The notes under the pieces are model-generated. The model had not been told where the DNA came from, searched no databases, and saw nothing but the letters and a program-made list of their open reading frames with translations. 64,000 nt of DNA from an uncultured Candidatus Rokubacteria bacterium (GTDB lineage: Bacteria > Methylomirabilota > Methylomirabilia > Rokubacteriales > DASRDR01): assembly GCA_963826115.1 (NCBI GenBank), contig CAWGVS010000005.1, positions 1,632,001-1,696,000 on the forward strand, read 5' to 3'. This document shows, one piece after another, positions 39,252-48,663 of the stretch. How positions within the stretch are numbered: the stretch's first letter is position 1; every line of letters starts with the position of its first letter. The translations under genes were made by a program, and so were the position numbers.

Positions 39252-40055
39252 ATGAGCGCGGCGCCTCCCCCGCGGCTCCCCGTCCTCTTCGTGTCGCACG
39301 GGTCGCCCATGGTGGCGCTCGAGGACGACGACTACACGCGCGCGCTCCAGGCCTGGCCGGGGGGCATCCCCCGCCCCGTCGCGATCATCGTGGTCTCGGC
39401 CCACTGGCAGGCGCCGCGGCCCGTCCGGGTCGCGACGAGCCCGGCGCCCGAGACGATCCACGACTTCTACGGGTTCCCGCCGGAGCTCTACGCGCTCCGC
39501 TACGGGCCGCCGGGAGCCCCCGCGCTGGCGGCGGAGATCGTCGAGCGGCTCCGCGCGGCCGGCGTCCCCGCCGGGGCCGATCCCGGTCGCGGCCTCGATC
39601 ACGGCGCCTGGGTGCCGCTCCGCTTCCTGTACCCCGACGCCGACGTGCCGGTCGTCGCGGTGTCCCTCGCGGCGCCCGCCCGGCCAGGAGACCTCATCGC
39701 CCTGGGCCAGGCCCTCGCGCCGCTCCGCGCGTCGGGTGTCCTGGTCTTCGGCAGCGGCGGCGTCGTGCACAACCTCGGGCGCCTGGACCGTCGGGGCGAG
39801 ACGGCGCCGGTGGCGGGCTGGGCGCAAGCGTTCGACGACTGGGTCCGGGAACGGCTCGACGGCGGGGACGTGGACGCGCTGGTCGCGTACGAGCGCCTCG
39901 CGCCGCACGCGTCCCTCGCGGTGCCGACCAGCGAGCACTTCGACCCGCTGCTGGTGGCCCTCGGCGCAGCCGGCGGCGACAGCCGGGTGCAGGACGTCTA
40001 CGCGGGCTTCCGCTACGGCACCCTGTCGATGCGGAGCCTGGCCCTCTCCGCCTGA
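39252..40055 (+). CDS. Class III extradiol dioxygenase (DODA/YgiD-like)
   Basis: FVSHGSP, SAHW, HDFYGFP, LDHGAWVPL, SGGVVHNL, EHFDPL. Confidence 0.88.
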   Translation: MSAAPPPRLPVLFVSHGSPMVALEDDDYTRALQAWPGGIPRPVAIIVVSAHWQAPRPVRVATSPAPETIHDFYGFPPELYALRYGPPGAPALAAEIVERLRAAGVPAGADPGRGLDHGAWVPLRFLYPDADVPVVAVSLAAPARPGDLIALGQALAPLRASGVLVFGSGGVVHNLGRLDRRGETAPVAGWAQAFDDWVRERLDGGDVDALVAYERLAPHASLAVPTSEHFDPLLVALGAAGGDSRVQDVYAGFRYGTLSMRSLALSA

Positions 40056-40080
40056 CCGGCCGGCGGGCGCGCCCGACCGC

Positions 40081-40638
40081 CTACGCCGTGCGGCGCTCCA
40101 GCCGGTCGCTCACGCCCTTCAGGCGGAAGCCGAGGACGATCTCGACGATCCCGACGAGGATCGCGAAGGCGCCGATCCACCACAGCACGGCGAGCGCGCC
40201 GGCGCCCGGCGCGGCCATCAGGAACACCCCGAGAGCCACGGAGAGCAGCCCGCCGAGCGCCAGCAGCCACTCGTTGTCGAGCTCCTTCCGGAGGTGGAAG
40301 GCCGCGATGATCTCGAACACGCCCCGCAGGATCGCCCAGGCGGCGATCAGGTAGAGGAGCGCCAGGGCGGTGAGCCCCGGGGAGAGGAAGGTCACGACCC
40401 CGACCACCACGCCGGCCAGGCCGGCCAGCAGCACGCCCCAAGGGAACGGCCCGGCGGCGCGGCCCATCAACGCCCATGCGACCGCCAGGACGCCCTCGAC
40501 CAGCGCGTAGGCGCCGTACAGCAGGACGAGCACGGCCAGCGTGATACCCGGCCACGCGAAGGCGCCGATGCCGAAGAGCAGGGCGCACACGCCGCGCAGC
40601 ACGATCGCCCACCAGTTCTGTGCCAGGGTCCGCAGCAT
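40081..40638 (-). CDS. HdeD/DUF308 family membrane protein
   Basis: NWWAIVLRG, multiple TM helices, EWLL. Confidence 0.85.
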   Translation of the reverse strand: MLRTLAQNWWAIVLRGVCALLFGIGAFAWPGITLAVLVLLYGAYALVEGVLAVAWALMGRAAGPFPWGVLLAGLAGVVVGVVTFLSPGLTALALLYLIAAWAILRGVFEIIAAFHLRKELDNEWLLALGGLLSVALGVFLMAAPGAGALAVLWWIGAFAILVGIVEIVLGFRLKGVSDRLERRTA

Positions 40639-40744
40639 CGCGGCCTCCTTCCCGTCCGGACCGTTGACCAGGGCGCCGGCGCCGCGCCGGCCCTCTACGC
40701 GATCGCCGGCGGCTCGGCCGGTCCGGGCGCGCCGGCCCCCGGTC

Positions 40745-42184
40745 TCACCGCCACGTCTTGTGGCCTCGTCGCTGGACGTCCGGCCACGACTCCTCGAAGG
40801 CCGAGCGCGCAGCCTGCTGGCGCGCGTGCTGGCGCTCCACCAGAAGGCCGGCGACGAAGCCGGTCCGGCCGCCCGGCGCCTCGCGGGCCAGATCACGCAG
40901 GCGCGACTCCGCCACCACCGCGTCCTGGTGCTCGCCCAGGACGTCCTGGAGCTCCTTCAGGCGCTCGACGAACCGCTCGGCCGAGTGGCCGACGTCGGGC
41001 GCGGCGAGCTCCGCCGCGTAGCGCGCCCGCTTCTCCCGGATCCGCACCGCGTGGAGGTCGTCGGCGGACGGCGCGTCCGGAAGCGCCTTCACGGCCTTGC
41101 GCAGCTTCTTCCATTCGCGGGAGGCGACGCCCGCCAGGGTGATGTTGGCGTCGTGCACGGGGGGATGCGCGAGCATCTCCTCGATCCGGTCGAGCAGCGT
41201 GAAGTAGCGGGCGCCGTCGAGGGCCGCCAGGAGCTCGGCGCGCGCCTGGACGCCCGGCCGCTCCAGGCGCCGGAGGAGCGACCGGCCCGCGGCGCGGTCG
41301 GCGGGCTCGAGCGCCCGCACCTCGCCGCGCAGATACTCCCGCAGGACGTCGAGGTCGCGACGCCCGCCGAGAGCCGCGCCCAGCCAGCCGAGCTCCTCCC
41401 GGAGCGCCTGGATCGGCTTCTTCGCGAACATGCCCCGCGCGGCCCTGAGGACCGCCCGCAGGCGGCGGACGGCGACGCGCATCTGGTGGAGCTCCTCGGG
41501 ATCCTCGCCAAGCCGTGTGCCGGGATCGTGGGCGCGGATCGCCTCGAGCTGGGCGCGCAGCATCGCCAGCACGCGGTCCAGCGGCGTCGCCGAGGACTCC
41601 GGGGGACCGGCCTCGACGGTGAGGTCGAGCCCCAGCGCGCGGAACACCTTCGGCGTGCCGGCGCTCTCCGTGGCGCCGGCCTCGCGGAGCGTGGCGCCGA
41701 CGCGCTCCAGGACCTTCTCGTCCCCCGCCCCGACGAGCTCTACCTCCACCTCGCGGAACCGGCGCTTGACCCTGCGTCCGTCGAGGACCGCCACGGAGTC
41801 CAGCACCACCTCGGCGACGGGATGTCCCTTCTCGCGCACGAGGACGCCCGTCCGCCGCGTGCGGAGCGTGGCGACCGGCACGACGTCGGCGTCGCGGGCG
41901 TAGACGCGTAGCAGGCAACCGATCTCGTCCGGGAGACGCGACGGTGGCGCGGCCAGCTCCAGCTCGAGCCGCGCGGCGCCCCGCGGGAGCTTGACCTGCC
42001 AGAGCGAGCGGCGCTTCTCGACGCGGCAGCGCAGCGTGACCCCGTGGCGGGCCAGACGGTGGTCGGGCGTGTCGAAGTACCGGGAGACGAACACCCGCGG
42101 GGGAAGAGACTGGCCGGGAAGCGCGGGCAAGCGGAAGCTCCGCTCGACATCGAGCTTCAACTCGCGCTCGAGAGTCTGCTTCAC
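40745..42184 (-). CDS. CYTH + CHAD domain protein (polyphosphate-associated)
   Basis: ERELKL, YFDTPD, EVEVEL; HQMRVAVRRLR, RDLDV, HAVRI..KRARY, LQDVLGEHQD. Confidence 0.88.
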   Translation of the reverse strand: MKQTLERELKLDVERSFRLPALPGQSLPPRVFVSRYFDTPDHRLARHGVTLRCRVEKRRSLWQVKLPRGAARLELELAAPPSRLPDEIGCLLRVYARDADVVPVATLRTRRTGVLVREKGHPVAEVVLDSVAVLDGRRVKRRFREVEVELVGAGDEKVLERVGATLREAGATESAGTPKVFRALGLDLTVEAGPPESSATPLDRVLAMLRAQLEAIRAHDPGTRLGEDPEELHQMRVAVRRLRAVLRAARGMFAKKPIQALREELGWLGAALGGRRDLDVLREYLRGEVRALEPADRAAGRSLLRRLERPGVQARAELLAALDGARYFTLLDRIEEMLAHPPVHDANITLAGVASREWKKLRKAVKALPDAPSADDLHAVRIREKRARYAAELAAPDVGHSAERFVERLKELQDVLGEHQDAVVAESRLRDLAREAPGGRTGFVAGLLVERQHARQQAARSAFEESWPDVQRRGHKTWR

Positions 42185-42373
42185 GCCGCTCGCCTGCCTG
42201 GGCGTCACGCAACGCCGACGCCCAAGTTCAGGATAGCCCAGGGCCGGCAGGGTGCGCCACCGGGGTCGAGAAGGCGCGCCCTCGCGGCCTCCGGACGCCT
42301 CGCGTCGGGCCCATCGGCGTACAATCGCGCGGATGGGGACGCCGATGCCGACGGGGCCGCGGGGGCCGCACCG

Positions 42374-42844
42374 GTGAAGCGGTGGCTCGATTCCCGGTGG
42401 CTCGGACCGGGGCTCCTCGGCTTCTGGGCGCTCTACTTCGGCATCGTTGCGCTCTCGAACCTGACCGATCTCCTCCGGGGCGTCCACGTCCTGCCGGCGA
42501 GCTGGCGCTGGATCTCGGGCAATCTCGCCTTCATGGCGAGCGCCACCGGGAAGTTCGGCGTTCCCGGCTGGGTCAACCCGGTCCTGCTGGCCGGCGTGGT
42601 CGCCTGGCAGGGACTCGCCGCCGGTCTCTTCTGGCGAACGGCCCGCGGCGCGACTGGACTCGGCCCGCCCTTCGTGGTCGGCGTCTCACTCTGGGCCGTG
42701 TTCATTCTCCTGGACGAGCTCCTGCTGATCTTCGAGACCGGCGCCGAGGCGACTCACCTGCGGCTCCTGATCGCCCAGCTCGTGAGCCTCATCCTCCTTC
42801 GGTCGGGACCGATCGGAGAGGGGCCGACGCAGCCGCGCGGCTAG
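42374..42844 (+). CDS. Hypothetical integral membrane protein
   Basis: About four hydrophobic segments from the GTG at 42374. Confidence 0.6.
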   Translation: MKRWLDSRWLGPGLLGFWALYFGIVALSNLTDLLRGVHVLPASWRWISGNLAFMASATGKFGVPGWVNPVLLAGVVAWQGLAAGLFWRTARGATGLGPPFVVGVSLWAVFILLDELLLIFETGAEATHLRLLIAQLVSLILLRSGPIGEGPTQPRG

Positions 42845-43902
42845 GCGTGGTCGTGGTCGCGGCTCTCTCGGTAGTGGGCGCCGAGCAGGTCGATCCCGAA
42901 GTCGCCTCGCGGGTCGTGCCAGACCGAATGGATGTGGTTGGCGCCGTTCTGGGTGTTGTCGTACTCGATCAGCACCGCCGGCCCGTGGAGGCGGTAGTAG
43001 TGCGGGCGTTTCGCGTCGACGGGCCCCGCCCAGGCGAAATGCACGCGGTCGGTCCCCGCGGCGTGGATCTTCCGGAGCTCGCGCTCCGCAAGATCTCCCT
43101 GCATGTTGCGGGCATAGGTCTCGAAAAGCCTCACAGCGAGCGCCCGCGACGCGTCGGCGAGGTCGCCGAGAGGAATCCCGGCAGGCGCGCGGAGGCTCTC
43201 CTCGCGGCCCGGCCCGGACACGATGTCGCCGAGGGACTCGGCCGCGAGCGTGGCCCGGGTGCGCTGCGGCGCGTCGAGACTCGCGACGAGGGCGAGGCCG
43301 AGGTCCTGCTCGTCACGGAGCGCGCGGAGGCCCTTGAGGGGGCCCGACGGCACCTCGGCGGGATTCGAGCCGAAGAACGCGGGAGTGACCGCAACCGCCC
43401 GGCCGGGCACGACGGCGAAGTTCAGCGACATGTGGTGACCCTCGACGCGCCAGCCCCAGGGCCCGGCCTGGCCCGGCGTTCCGAAGATCGTGACCGCGTA
43501 GTTGTCGGGATCCCGCGTGAACGCACCGAAGGTCTCGAGCTGGCGGAGCACGCCCTCGAGGCGCATGACATCGCTCGCCTTCGCATACCCCACGGCCGAG
43601 AGGCCAACCCCGAGGAGCGCGTGGGCCGCCGCCCGCGCGTCGGCCGTCATGTCCCTGAGGGCCAGCCCCTCGCGGCGGCGCGGCACGTAGTGCCAGTTCA
43701 GGCGCTCGGCGTGCGCGAAGGGGAAGGTGGCCTGGCGAGTCCGCCGGGCATCGAGCGTCCCCAGGAACCGGAGCGCCGCGCCGGCCATGGCATCGCCTGC
43801 GTCCTGCTCGGCCCGGAGCGATGCGGGGCGACCCGCGCCCGAGACCGCGAGCGCGGCCGCCAGCCCTCGGAGGATGCGCCGCCGACCGGGACGCGCCGTC
43901 AC
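42841..43902 (-). CDS. DUF3500 family Tat-exported protein
   Basis: GRRRIL, WHYVP, WGWRVEGHHMSLN, LIEYDN, NHIHSVWHD. Confidence 0.82.
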   Translation of the reverse strand: MTARPGRRRILRGLAAALAVSGAGRPASLRAEQDAGDAMAGAALRFLGTLDARRTRQATFPFAHAERLNWHYVPRRREGLALRDMTADARAAAHALLGVGLSAVGYAKASDVMRLEGVLRQLETFGAFTRDPDNYAVTIFGTPGQAGPWGWRVEGHHMSLNFAVVPGRAVAVTPAFFGSNPAEVPSGPLKGLRALRDEQDLGLALVASLDAPQRTRATLAAESLGDIVSGPGREESLRAPAGIPLGDLADASRALAVRLFETYARNMQGDLAERELRKIHAAGTDRVHFAWAGPVDAKRPHYYRLHGPAVLIEYDNTQNGANHIHSVWHDPRGDFGIDLLGAHYRESRDHDHA

Positions 43903-43989
43903 GATTTCATCGTATACGAGAGGTTGACCGATCCGTTACCGTGTCCTCATGGACGCGCGCGCTGACGCGCGGACCGGGACGGAGGTTCC

Positions 43990-44598
43990 GTGATGGCACG
44001 CAATCGGGCCGGTTGGCCGGGACGTCGAGCCTTCCTCCGATGGTCTCTCGCCGTTCCCGCGGTCGCCGTCGGCGGGCGCCGAGCTCTTGCGCAGACGCGG
44101 ACGCTCTCGCCGACGCCGAGCTGTGTCGACAAGGGCTCGCCTACGCCGTCCCAGACGGCCGGCCCCTTCTTCAAGCCGCAGTCGCCCCAGCGGACCTCGC
44201 TCCTCGAGCCGGGCATGGGCGGCCCGCGGATCGTCCTGACGGGATCCGTGCTGTCGACCGCCTGCCGGCCGATCCCGGGCGCGCTCCTGGACTTCTGGCA
44301 GGCCGACGACCGGGGAGGCTACGACAATGCCGGCTTCCGCCTCCGGGGCCATCAGTTCGCGGACGAGCAGGGCCGGTACCGGCTGGAGACCGTCGTCCCG
44401 GGGCTCTACACGGGACGGACGCGTCACTTCCACGTCCGCGTCCAGGCGCCGAACCAGCCCATTCTCACGACCCAGCTCTACTTCCCTGACGAGCCCGGCA
44501 ACCGGAGCGACTTCATCTTCCGGCCGGAGCTGGTCATGGCCGTGAGGGACGACGCGGGCGCCAAGGCCGGCGCGTTCAACTTCGTGCTCGCCGTCTGA
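43990..44598 (+). CDS. Tat-exported intradiol ring-cleavage dioxygenase-like protein
   Basis: GRRAFL, GPFF, DFWQAD..G.YD, PGLY.GRTRHFH, TTQLYF. Confidence 0.85.
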   Translation: MMARNRAGWPGRRAFLRWSLAVPAVAVGGRRALAQTRTLSPTPSCVDKGSPTPSQTAGPFFKPQSPQRTSLLEPGMGGPRIVLTGSVLSTACRPIPGALLDFWQADDRGGYDNAGFRLRGHQFADEQGRYRLETVVPGLYTGRTRHFHVRVQAPNQPILTTQLYFPDEPGNRSDFIFRPELVMAVRDDAGAKAGAFNFVLAV

Positions 44599-44614
44599 CC
44601 GGGAGGGCGATCCG

Positions 44615-44920
44615 ATGGGGCACGTGGAGAAGGTGGACCGCACGCTCCCGTTGAACCAGATGATCTTCCACGTCCGCCGCGACGCGGAGCTCCGGCGGCG
44701 GTGGCGCGAGGACTTCGACGCCCTCGCCCGGGAGTTCGGCCTGTCGGCCGACGAGATCAGCGCGGTCAAGACGAGCGACGTCCGCCGGCTCAACGACATG
44801 GGCGTCCACCAGTACTACGTGTCCCAGATCCTGCGCCTCACCTTCGGGGCCACGGGCGCCTCGAACGCGCACCCGGCGCTCGAGGCCTTCCGGCGCGCGT
44901 ACCCCGAGCACACGACGTAG
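44615..44920 (+). CDS. LigA-like dioxygenase small subunit
   Basis: LNQMIF...FGLSADE..AV...DVRRL..MGVH; precedes a LigB-like gene. Confidence 0.7.
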   Translation: MGHVEKVDRTLPLNQMIFHVRRDAELRRRWREDFDALAREFGLSADEISAVKTSDVRRLNDMGVHQYYVSQILRLTFGATGASNAHPALEAFRRAYPEHTT

Positions 44921-44929
44921 GGCCCGGCC

Positions 44930-45772
44930 TTGGCTACCGTCGTCGCCGCGATGGCCGCGACACACGCGCCCGGGCTCACCGGATGGTTCGACCGGGCGCC
45001 CGAGGCCGACCGGAAGGTTGTCCTGGACGGCTACGGGGAGCTCCGCCGGCGCCTCGAGGCCGCGCGGCCGGACGTTCTCCTCATGCTCGCGAACGACCAC
45101 CTGCTCAACTGGCCGATCAACAACATCCCGGACTACACGGTCGGGATCGGCGCGGAGCACGTCGGCCCCGCCGACTGGTTCGACGAGTGGCTCGCACTCC
45201 CGAAGTACCGCGTCAAGGGGCGGCCGGACCTCGCCCGCGCGATCGTCCGCGACGGCGCCCGGCTCGGGACCATGTTCGCGTACCTCGACCGCCTCGAGCT
45301 GGACGACGGGATCTCGGTGCCGCTCCACTACCTCACGCCGGCGATGCAGGTGCCGCTCGTCCCGATCACGCTGAACTGCACGGTGCCGCCCATCCCCTCC
45401 TCCGAGCGCGCCTATCGGCTGGGGGAGGTGCTCCGCGAGATCGTGACGACGCGCTGGCCGGCGGACGTCCGCGTCGCGGTCGTCGCGACCGGCGGGCTCT
45501 CCCACGAGCCGGGCGGCCCGCGCTACCTCCAGGTGGACGAGGCCTTCGACCGCTGGTTTCTCGAGCGTTTGGCCGAGGGCGACCACCGCCGCATCGTGCG
45601 AGAGTGCACGGTGGATCGGATGGAGGCCGCGGGCTCCGGAGGGACCGCGGAGCTTCTCGCCTGGATCGCCGCGCTCCCCTTCACCGCCGGCCCGGCCGAG
45701 GTGCTCGGCTACGCGCCGTCCGTCGCGTGGCGCACCGGGACCGGCATGGTCGCCTGGCCCCGGCTCGCCTGA
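44930..45772 (+). CDS. LigB-like extradiol dioxygenase catalytic subunit
   Basis: THAP, NDH, LDDG, ATGGLSHEPG, GTAELLAW. Confidence 0.82.
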   Translation: MATVVAAMAATHAPGLTGWFDRAPEADRKVVLDGYGELRRRLEAARPDVLLMLANDHLLNWPINNIPDYTVGIGAEHVGPADWFDEWLALPKYRVKGRPDLARAIVRDGARLGTMFAYLDRLELDDGISVPLHYLTPAMQVPLVPITLNCTVPPIPSSERAYRLGEVLREIVTTRWPADVRVAVVATGGLSHEPGGPRYLQVDEAFDRWFLERLAEGDHRRIVRECTVDRMEAAGSGGTAELLAWIAALPFTAGPAEVLGYAPSVAWRTGTGMVAWPRLA

Positions 45773-45959
45773 CCGGACGCGGCTCACCCGGGGCGGAGCC
45801 GCTCAGCGGATCCCGGCGTGGACGAGCCGAGGTCTGGGGAGACCGGCTCTCAGCGCGTGCCTGGCCGGAGGTGGTGCTGGTCGGCCATATGCGCTGCGGG
45901 CCGACCTAGTTCGCTCCGTCGGCGGCTTGACTAGTCCCAGTCTTTCAGGGTAGGAAGCG

Positions 45960-46985
45960 TTGAGAGCACACAGGGTGCGACGCATGTTGTATCGCTCGCC
46001 ACTGACCCGTGCCGGCATCACGCTCCTGCTGATCGCGGTCAGCGGCGGAGTGTTCGCCGCGCCTCCTGTTTGGGCGCAGCGGAAGGAACCCGTCAGGATC
46101 GGTGTCCTGACGGACAGCTGGGGCCCCACACCGGCTACGCTCGGACTTCGCGATGGGCTACAGGCCCTCGGCTACCGCGAGGACGAGCACTTCCAGCTCG
46201 GGGTTCGGTTCACCGGGGGCGACATCAGCGCACTGCCGGCCGCGGCGCGCGAGCTGCTGGCAGCCGGGTCGGACATCATCTTCGCGACGACGACCAGCGC
46301 GGCCAGGGCGGCCCAGCAAGCCACGACGGTGAAGCCGATCGTCTTCGCAGAGGTCGTCGGTGATCCCGTGCGGCTCGGACTGGTCCGAAGCTTCGCACGG
46401 CCGGGCGGGAACGTCACCGGGGTGAGCAGCTTGACCTTCGAGCTGACCGCCAAGCGTCTCGAGATTTTCAAGGAGCTGGTTCCCGGGCTCAAGCGCGTCC
46501 TGCTCGTCTACGACGCGAACGATACGGATGCCGTCGACGCGGTCCAGTTCCACCGCGACGCGGCCCGGCAGCTCGGCATCCAGCTGGTCGAACTGACGCC
46601 CCGGAGTCAGGAAGAGGCGCGCGAGCAGATCGCCAGGGTCCGCCGGTCGGATGTGGACGGGATCCTGACCTCCCCGGGCGGCCCGGCCCTGAACATCCCC
46701 GGGGTCGTCATCGAGGTGGCGACGCGGAACCAGTTGCCGGCAATGTTCATTGGCGGGTTCTGGGTCGAGCAAGGCGGGTTCGCCGGCTACGGTCCCGACT
46801 TCTACGAGTCGGGCCGACTCGCGGCGCGGCTCGTCCTCAAGATCCTGCAGGGTGAGAAGCCCGAAAACATCCCCGTCGAGATCAACTCCCGCATCGAACT
46901 GGTCATCAACTTGAAGGTGGCGAGGGCCCTCAAGTTGGAGCCGGGGCCTGCGGTGCTGCAGCGGGCGAACCGGCTCATCCAATGA
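45960..46985 (+). CDS. ABC_sub_bind family solute-binding protein (orphan)
   Basis: DPVRLGLVRSFARPGGNVTG, KRLEIFKE, KILQGEKP, LVINLK. Confidence 0.85.
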   Translation: MRAHRVRRMLYRSPLTRAGITLLLIAVSGGVFAAPPVWAQRKEPVRIGVLTDSWGPTPATLGLRDGLQALGYREDEHFQLGVRFTGGDISALPAAARELLAAGSDIIFATTTSAARAAQQATTVKPIVFAEVVGDPVRLGLVRSFARPGGNVTGVSSLTFELTAKRLEIFKELVPGLKRVLLVYDANDTDAVDAVQFHRDAARQLGIQLVELTPRSQEEAREQIARVRRSDVDGILTSPGGPALNIPGVVIEVATRNQLPAMFIGGFWVEQGGFAGYGPDFYESGRLAARLVLKILQGEKPENIPVEINSRIELVINLKVARALKLEPGPAVLQRANRLIQ

Positions 46986-47009
46986 GGTCATGGTGAACTG
47001 GAGGCACGT

Positions 47010-47549
47010 ATGCGCCGACTGATTCTGGTCGCGGCTCTGGCCGCCGCCATCAGCGCGACCGCCGGCCCCGAGGCGCTCGCGCTGGAGCTCGGCAAGCCGG
47101 CCCCCGATTTCTCACTGCCCGCGGCGACCGGAGAGACGGTCAGCCTGCGGCAGTTTCGAGGCAAGAAGATCGTGCTGCTGGAGTTCTTCGGGGCGGCCTT
47201 CGCGCCGACCTGAGTCGCCAACATCGCGGCCCGGGGGGCTGACATCGGCAAGTTCGAGGCCTTGAACGTGCAGGTCCTGGGCATCAGTAGCGACAGCCCG
47301 TTTGCGCTCAAAACGCAGGCCGACTCGCTGAAGCTGACCTACCCCCTGCTGAGTGACCGCCCGCCGCGGACCATCGAGCGCTACGGCGTCATGGCTCCGG
47401 ACAAGGTCCGCGCGCTGCGCGCCTACTTCCTCATCGACCAGCAGGGCATCGTACGCAAGCAATGGCTTCTGGGAATCGCCGGCGACGACATCGTGTTTTC
47501 CAGCGAGCCCATCTTGAAGGCGGTCCAGGAACTGCAAGGCAAGCAGTGA
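47010..47549 (+). CDS. Peroxiredoxin-like (AhpC/TSA/redoxin) selenoprotein; in-frame UGA at 47211-47213 read as Sec
   Basis: ORFs 47010 and 47262 share a frame. FFGAAFAPT-UGA puts UGA at the peroxidatic Cys position, and VLGISSDS, YPLLSD and RAYFLID follow. Confidence 0.85.
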
Positions 47550-48124
47550 AGCGCGCCGCCGGCGGGGCCCTCCTGCTCGCCCAAGCTTTCGCGGCGCCCG
47601 TTGACGCGGTCTCGGCCGATCTCTCGTCGCTGCTGTCGGCCCTCGATCTCGGTGGCTATGCCAGGAACGAGCGACCGCCTGACTTCGTCGGCCTTACACC
47701 CGCTGGGCCGGGTCTGGCGCTGGCTGACCTGCACGGGCAGGTCGTGCTCCTGACCTTCTGGGCGACGTGGTGCCCGCCCTGCGGGCCGGAACTGGAAGCC
47801 CTCGAGTCCCTCCACCGCGAGCTGGGGGCTCAGCGCCTCGCGATCGTCGCCGTAAACGCGAGCGAGCCCGTATCGATCGTTCGCGACTACGCCAGCGCAC
47901 GCGGGCTCACCTTCGCCGTCCTCGTTGACCCGCGCGGCGACATACAGCGCGCGTACGGCGTCCTGGGTTTACCCACCACATTCGTGATCGCGCGCGACGG
48001 GCGCGCGGTAGCGCGGGCCATCGGCGCCCGAGACTGGGCCGGAGCCCGCTCCCGCGAGCTACTTCGGGAGCTCCTGCAGGAGCCCGCTCTACCTCGGGCG
48101 CCCGCAGGCGCCGGGCGACCCTGA
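47546..48124 (+). CDS. TlpA family thiol-disulfide oxidoreductase
   Basis: FWATWCPPC, YGVLGLPTTF; GTGA overlap with the redoxin stop. Confidence 0.85.
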   Translation: MKRAAGGALLLAQAFAAPVDAVSADLSSLLSALDLGGYARNERPPDFVGLTPAGPGLALADLHGQVVLLTFWATWCPPCGPELEALESLHRELGAQRLAIVAVNASEPVSIVRDYASARGLTFAVLVDPRGDIQRAYGVLGLPTTFVIARDGRAVARAIGARDWAGARSRELLRELLQEPALPRAPAGAGRP

Positions 48125-48237
48125 GCGACGCGCGGTCGGGCAAAGCTGATCGGGACGCCGGGTCACTAGTCTAGGGGCACCGTTGCCACGGTGGGACACC
48201 CCGCATGAAAGGCGCGATTGACGGGCGCCGCGGCATC

Positions 48238-48642
48238 TCACACGGCGGCGGCGCCCGCCGCCGCGCACTGGTGGTCCTGCTCGCCCGTCCCACCGCCGCA
48301 GCCGATTGCGCCGATGAAGCGGCCGCCGAGGAGGATCGGCACGCCGCCGATGCTGGGCATGATCTGGCCCGGGGTCAGGCCAGACAGCGCGTGCCAGAAC
48401 AGCGCGTGGTCCTTGGCCGACTCGGACATCTCCTTGGTGGAGCGCCGGAACGCGGCGGCCGCGACGGCCTTCCCGCGCGAGGTGTCCGGCGAGAGGAACC
48501 CGGTCCCGTCGCCGCGCGCGCAGAGGACGAGCCGGCCGGCCTCGTCCACCACCGAGACCGTCATGGGCGTGTTGAGCTCACGGGCGCGGGCCTGCGCGGC
48601 CCGAGCCGCCTTCTCGGCGATCTCCAGGGTCATCTCGATCAC
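48238..48642 (-). CDS. GlcG/HbpS family heme-binding protein
   Basis: VSVVDEAG, GKAVAA, GGVPI, GAIGCGGGTGEQD. Confidence 0.85.
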   Translation of the reverse strand: MIEMTLEIAEKAARAAQARARELNTPMTVSVVDEAGRLVLCARGDGTGFLSPDTSRGKAVAAAAFRRSTKEMSESAKDHALFWHALSGLTPGQIMPSIGGVPILLGGRFIGAIGCGGGTGEQDHQCAAAGAAAV

Positions 48643-48663
48643 GAGGGTCTCCGGGGACGCCCG

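Noticed and set aside
42185-42300. Pho box for the CYTH-CHAD gene
   Set aside because: No correctly oriented 11-bp-period pentamers found
45900-48180. Mobile cassette bounded by CTAG-rich motifs
   Set aside because: No integrase, transposase, terminal inverted repeats or target duplication visible
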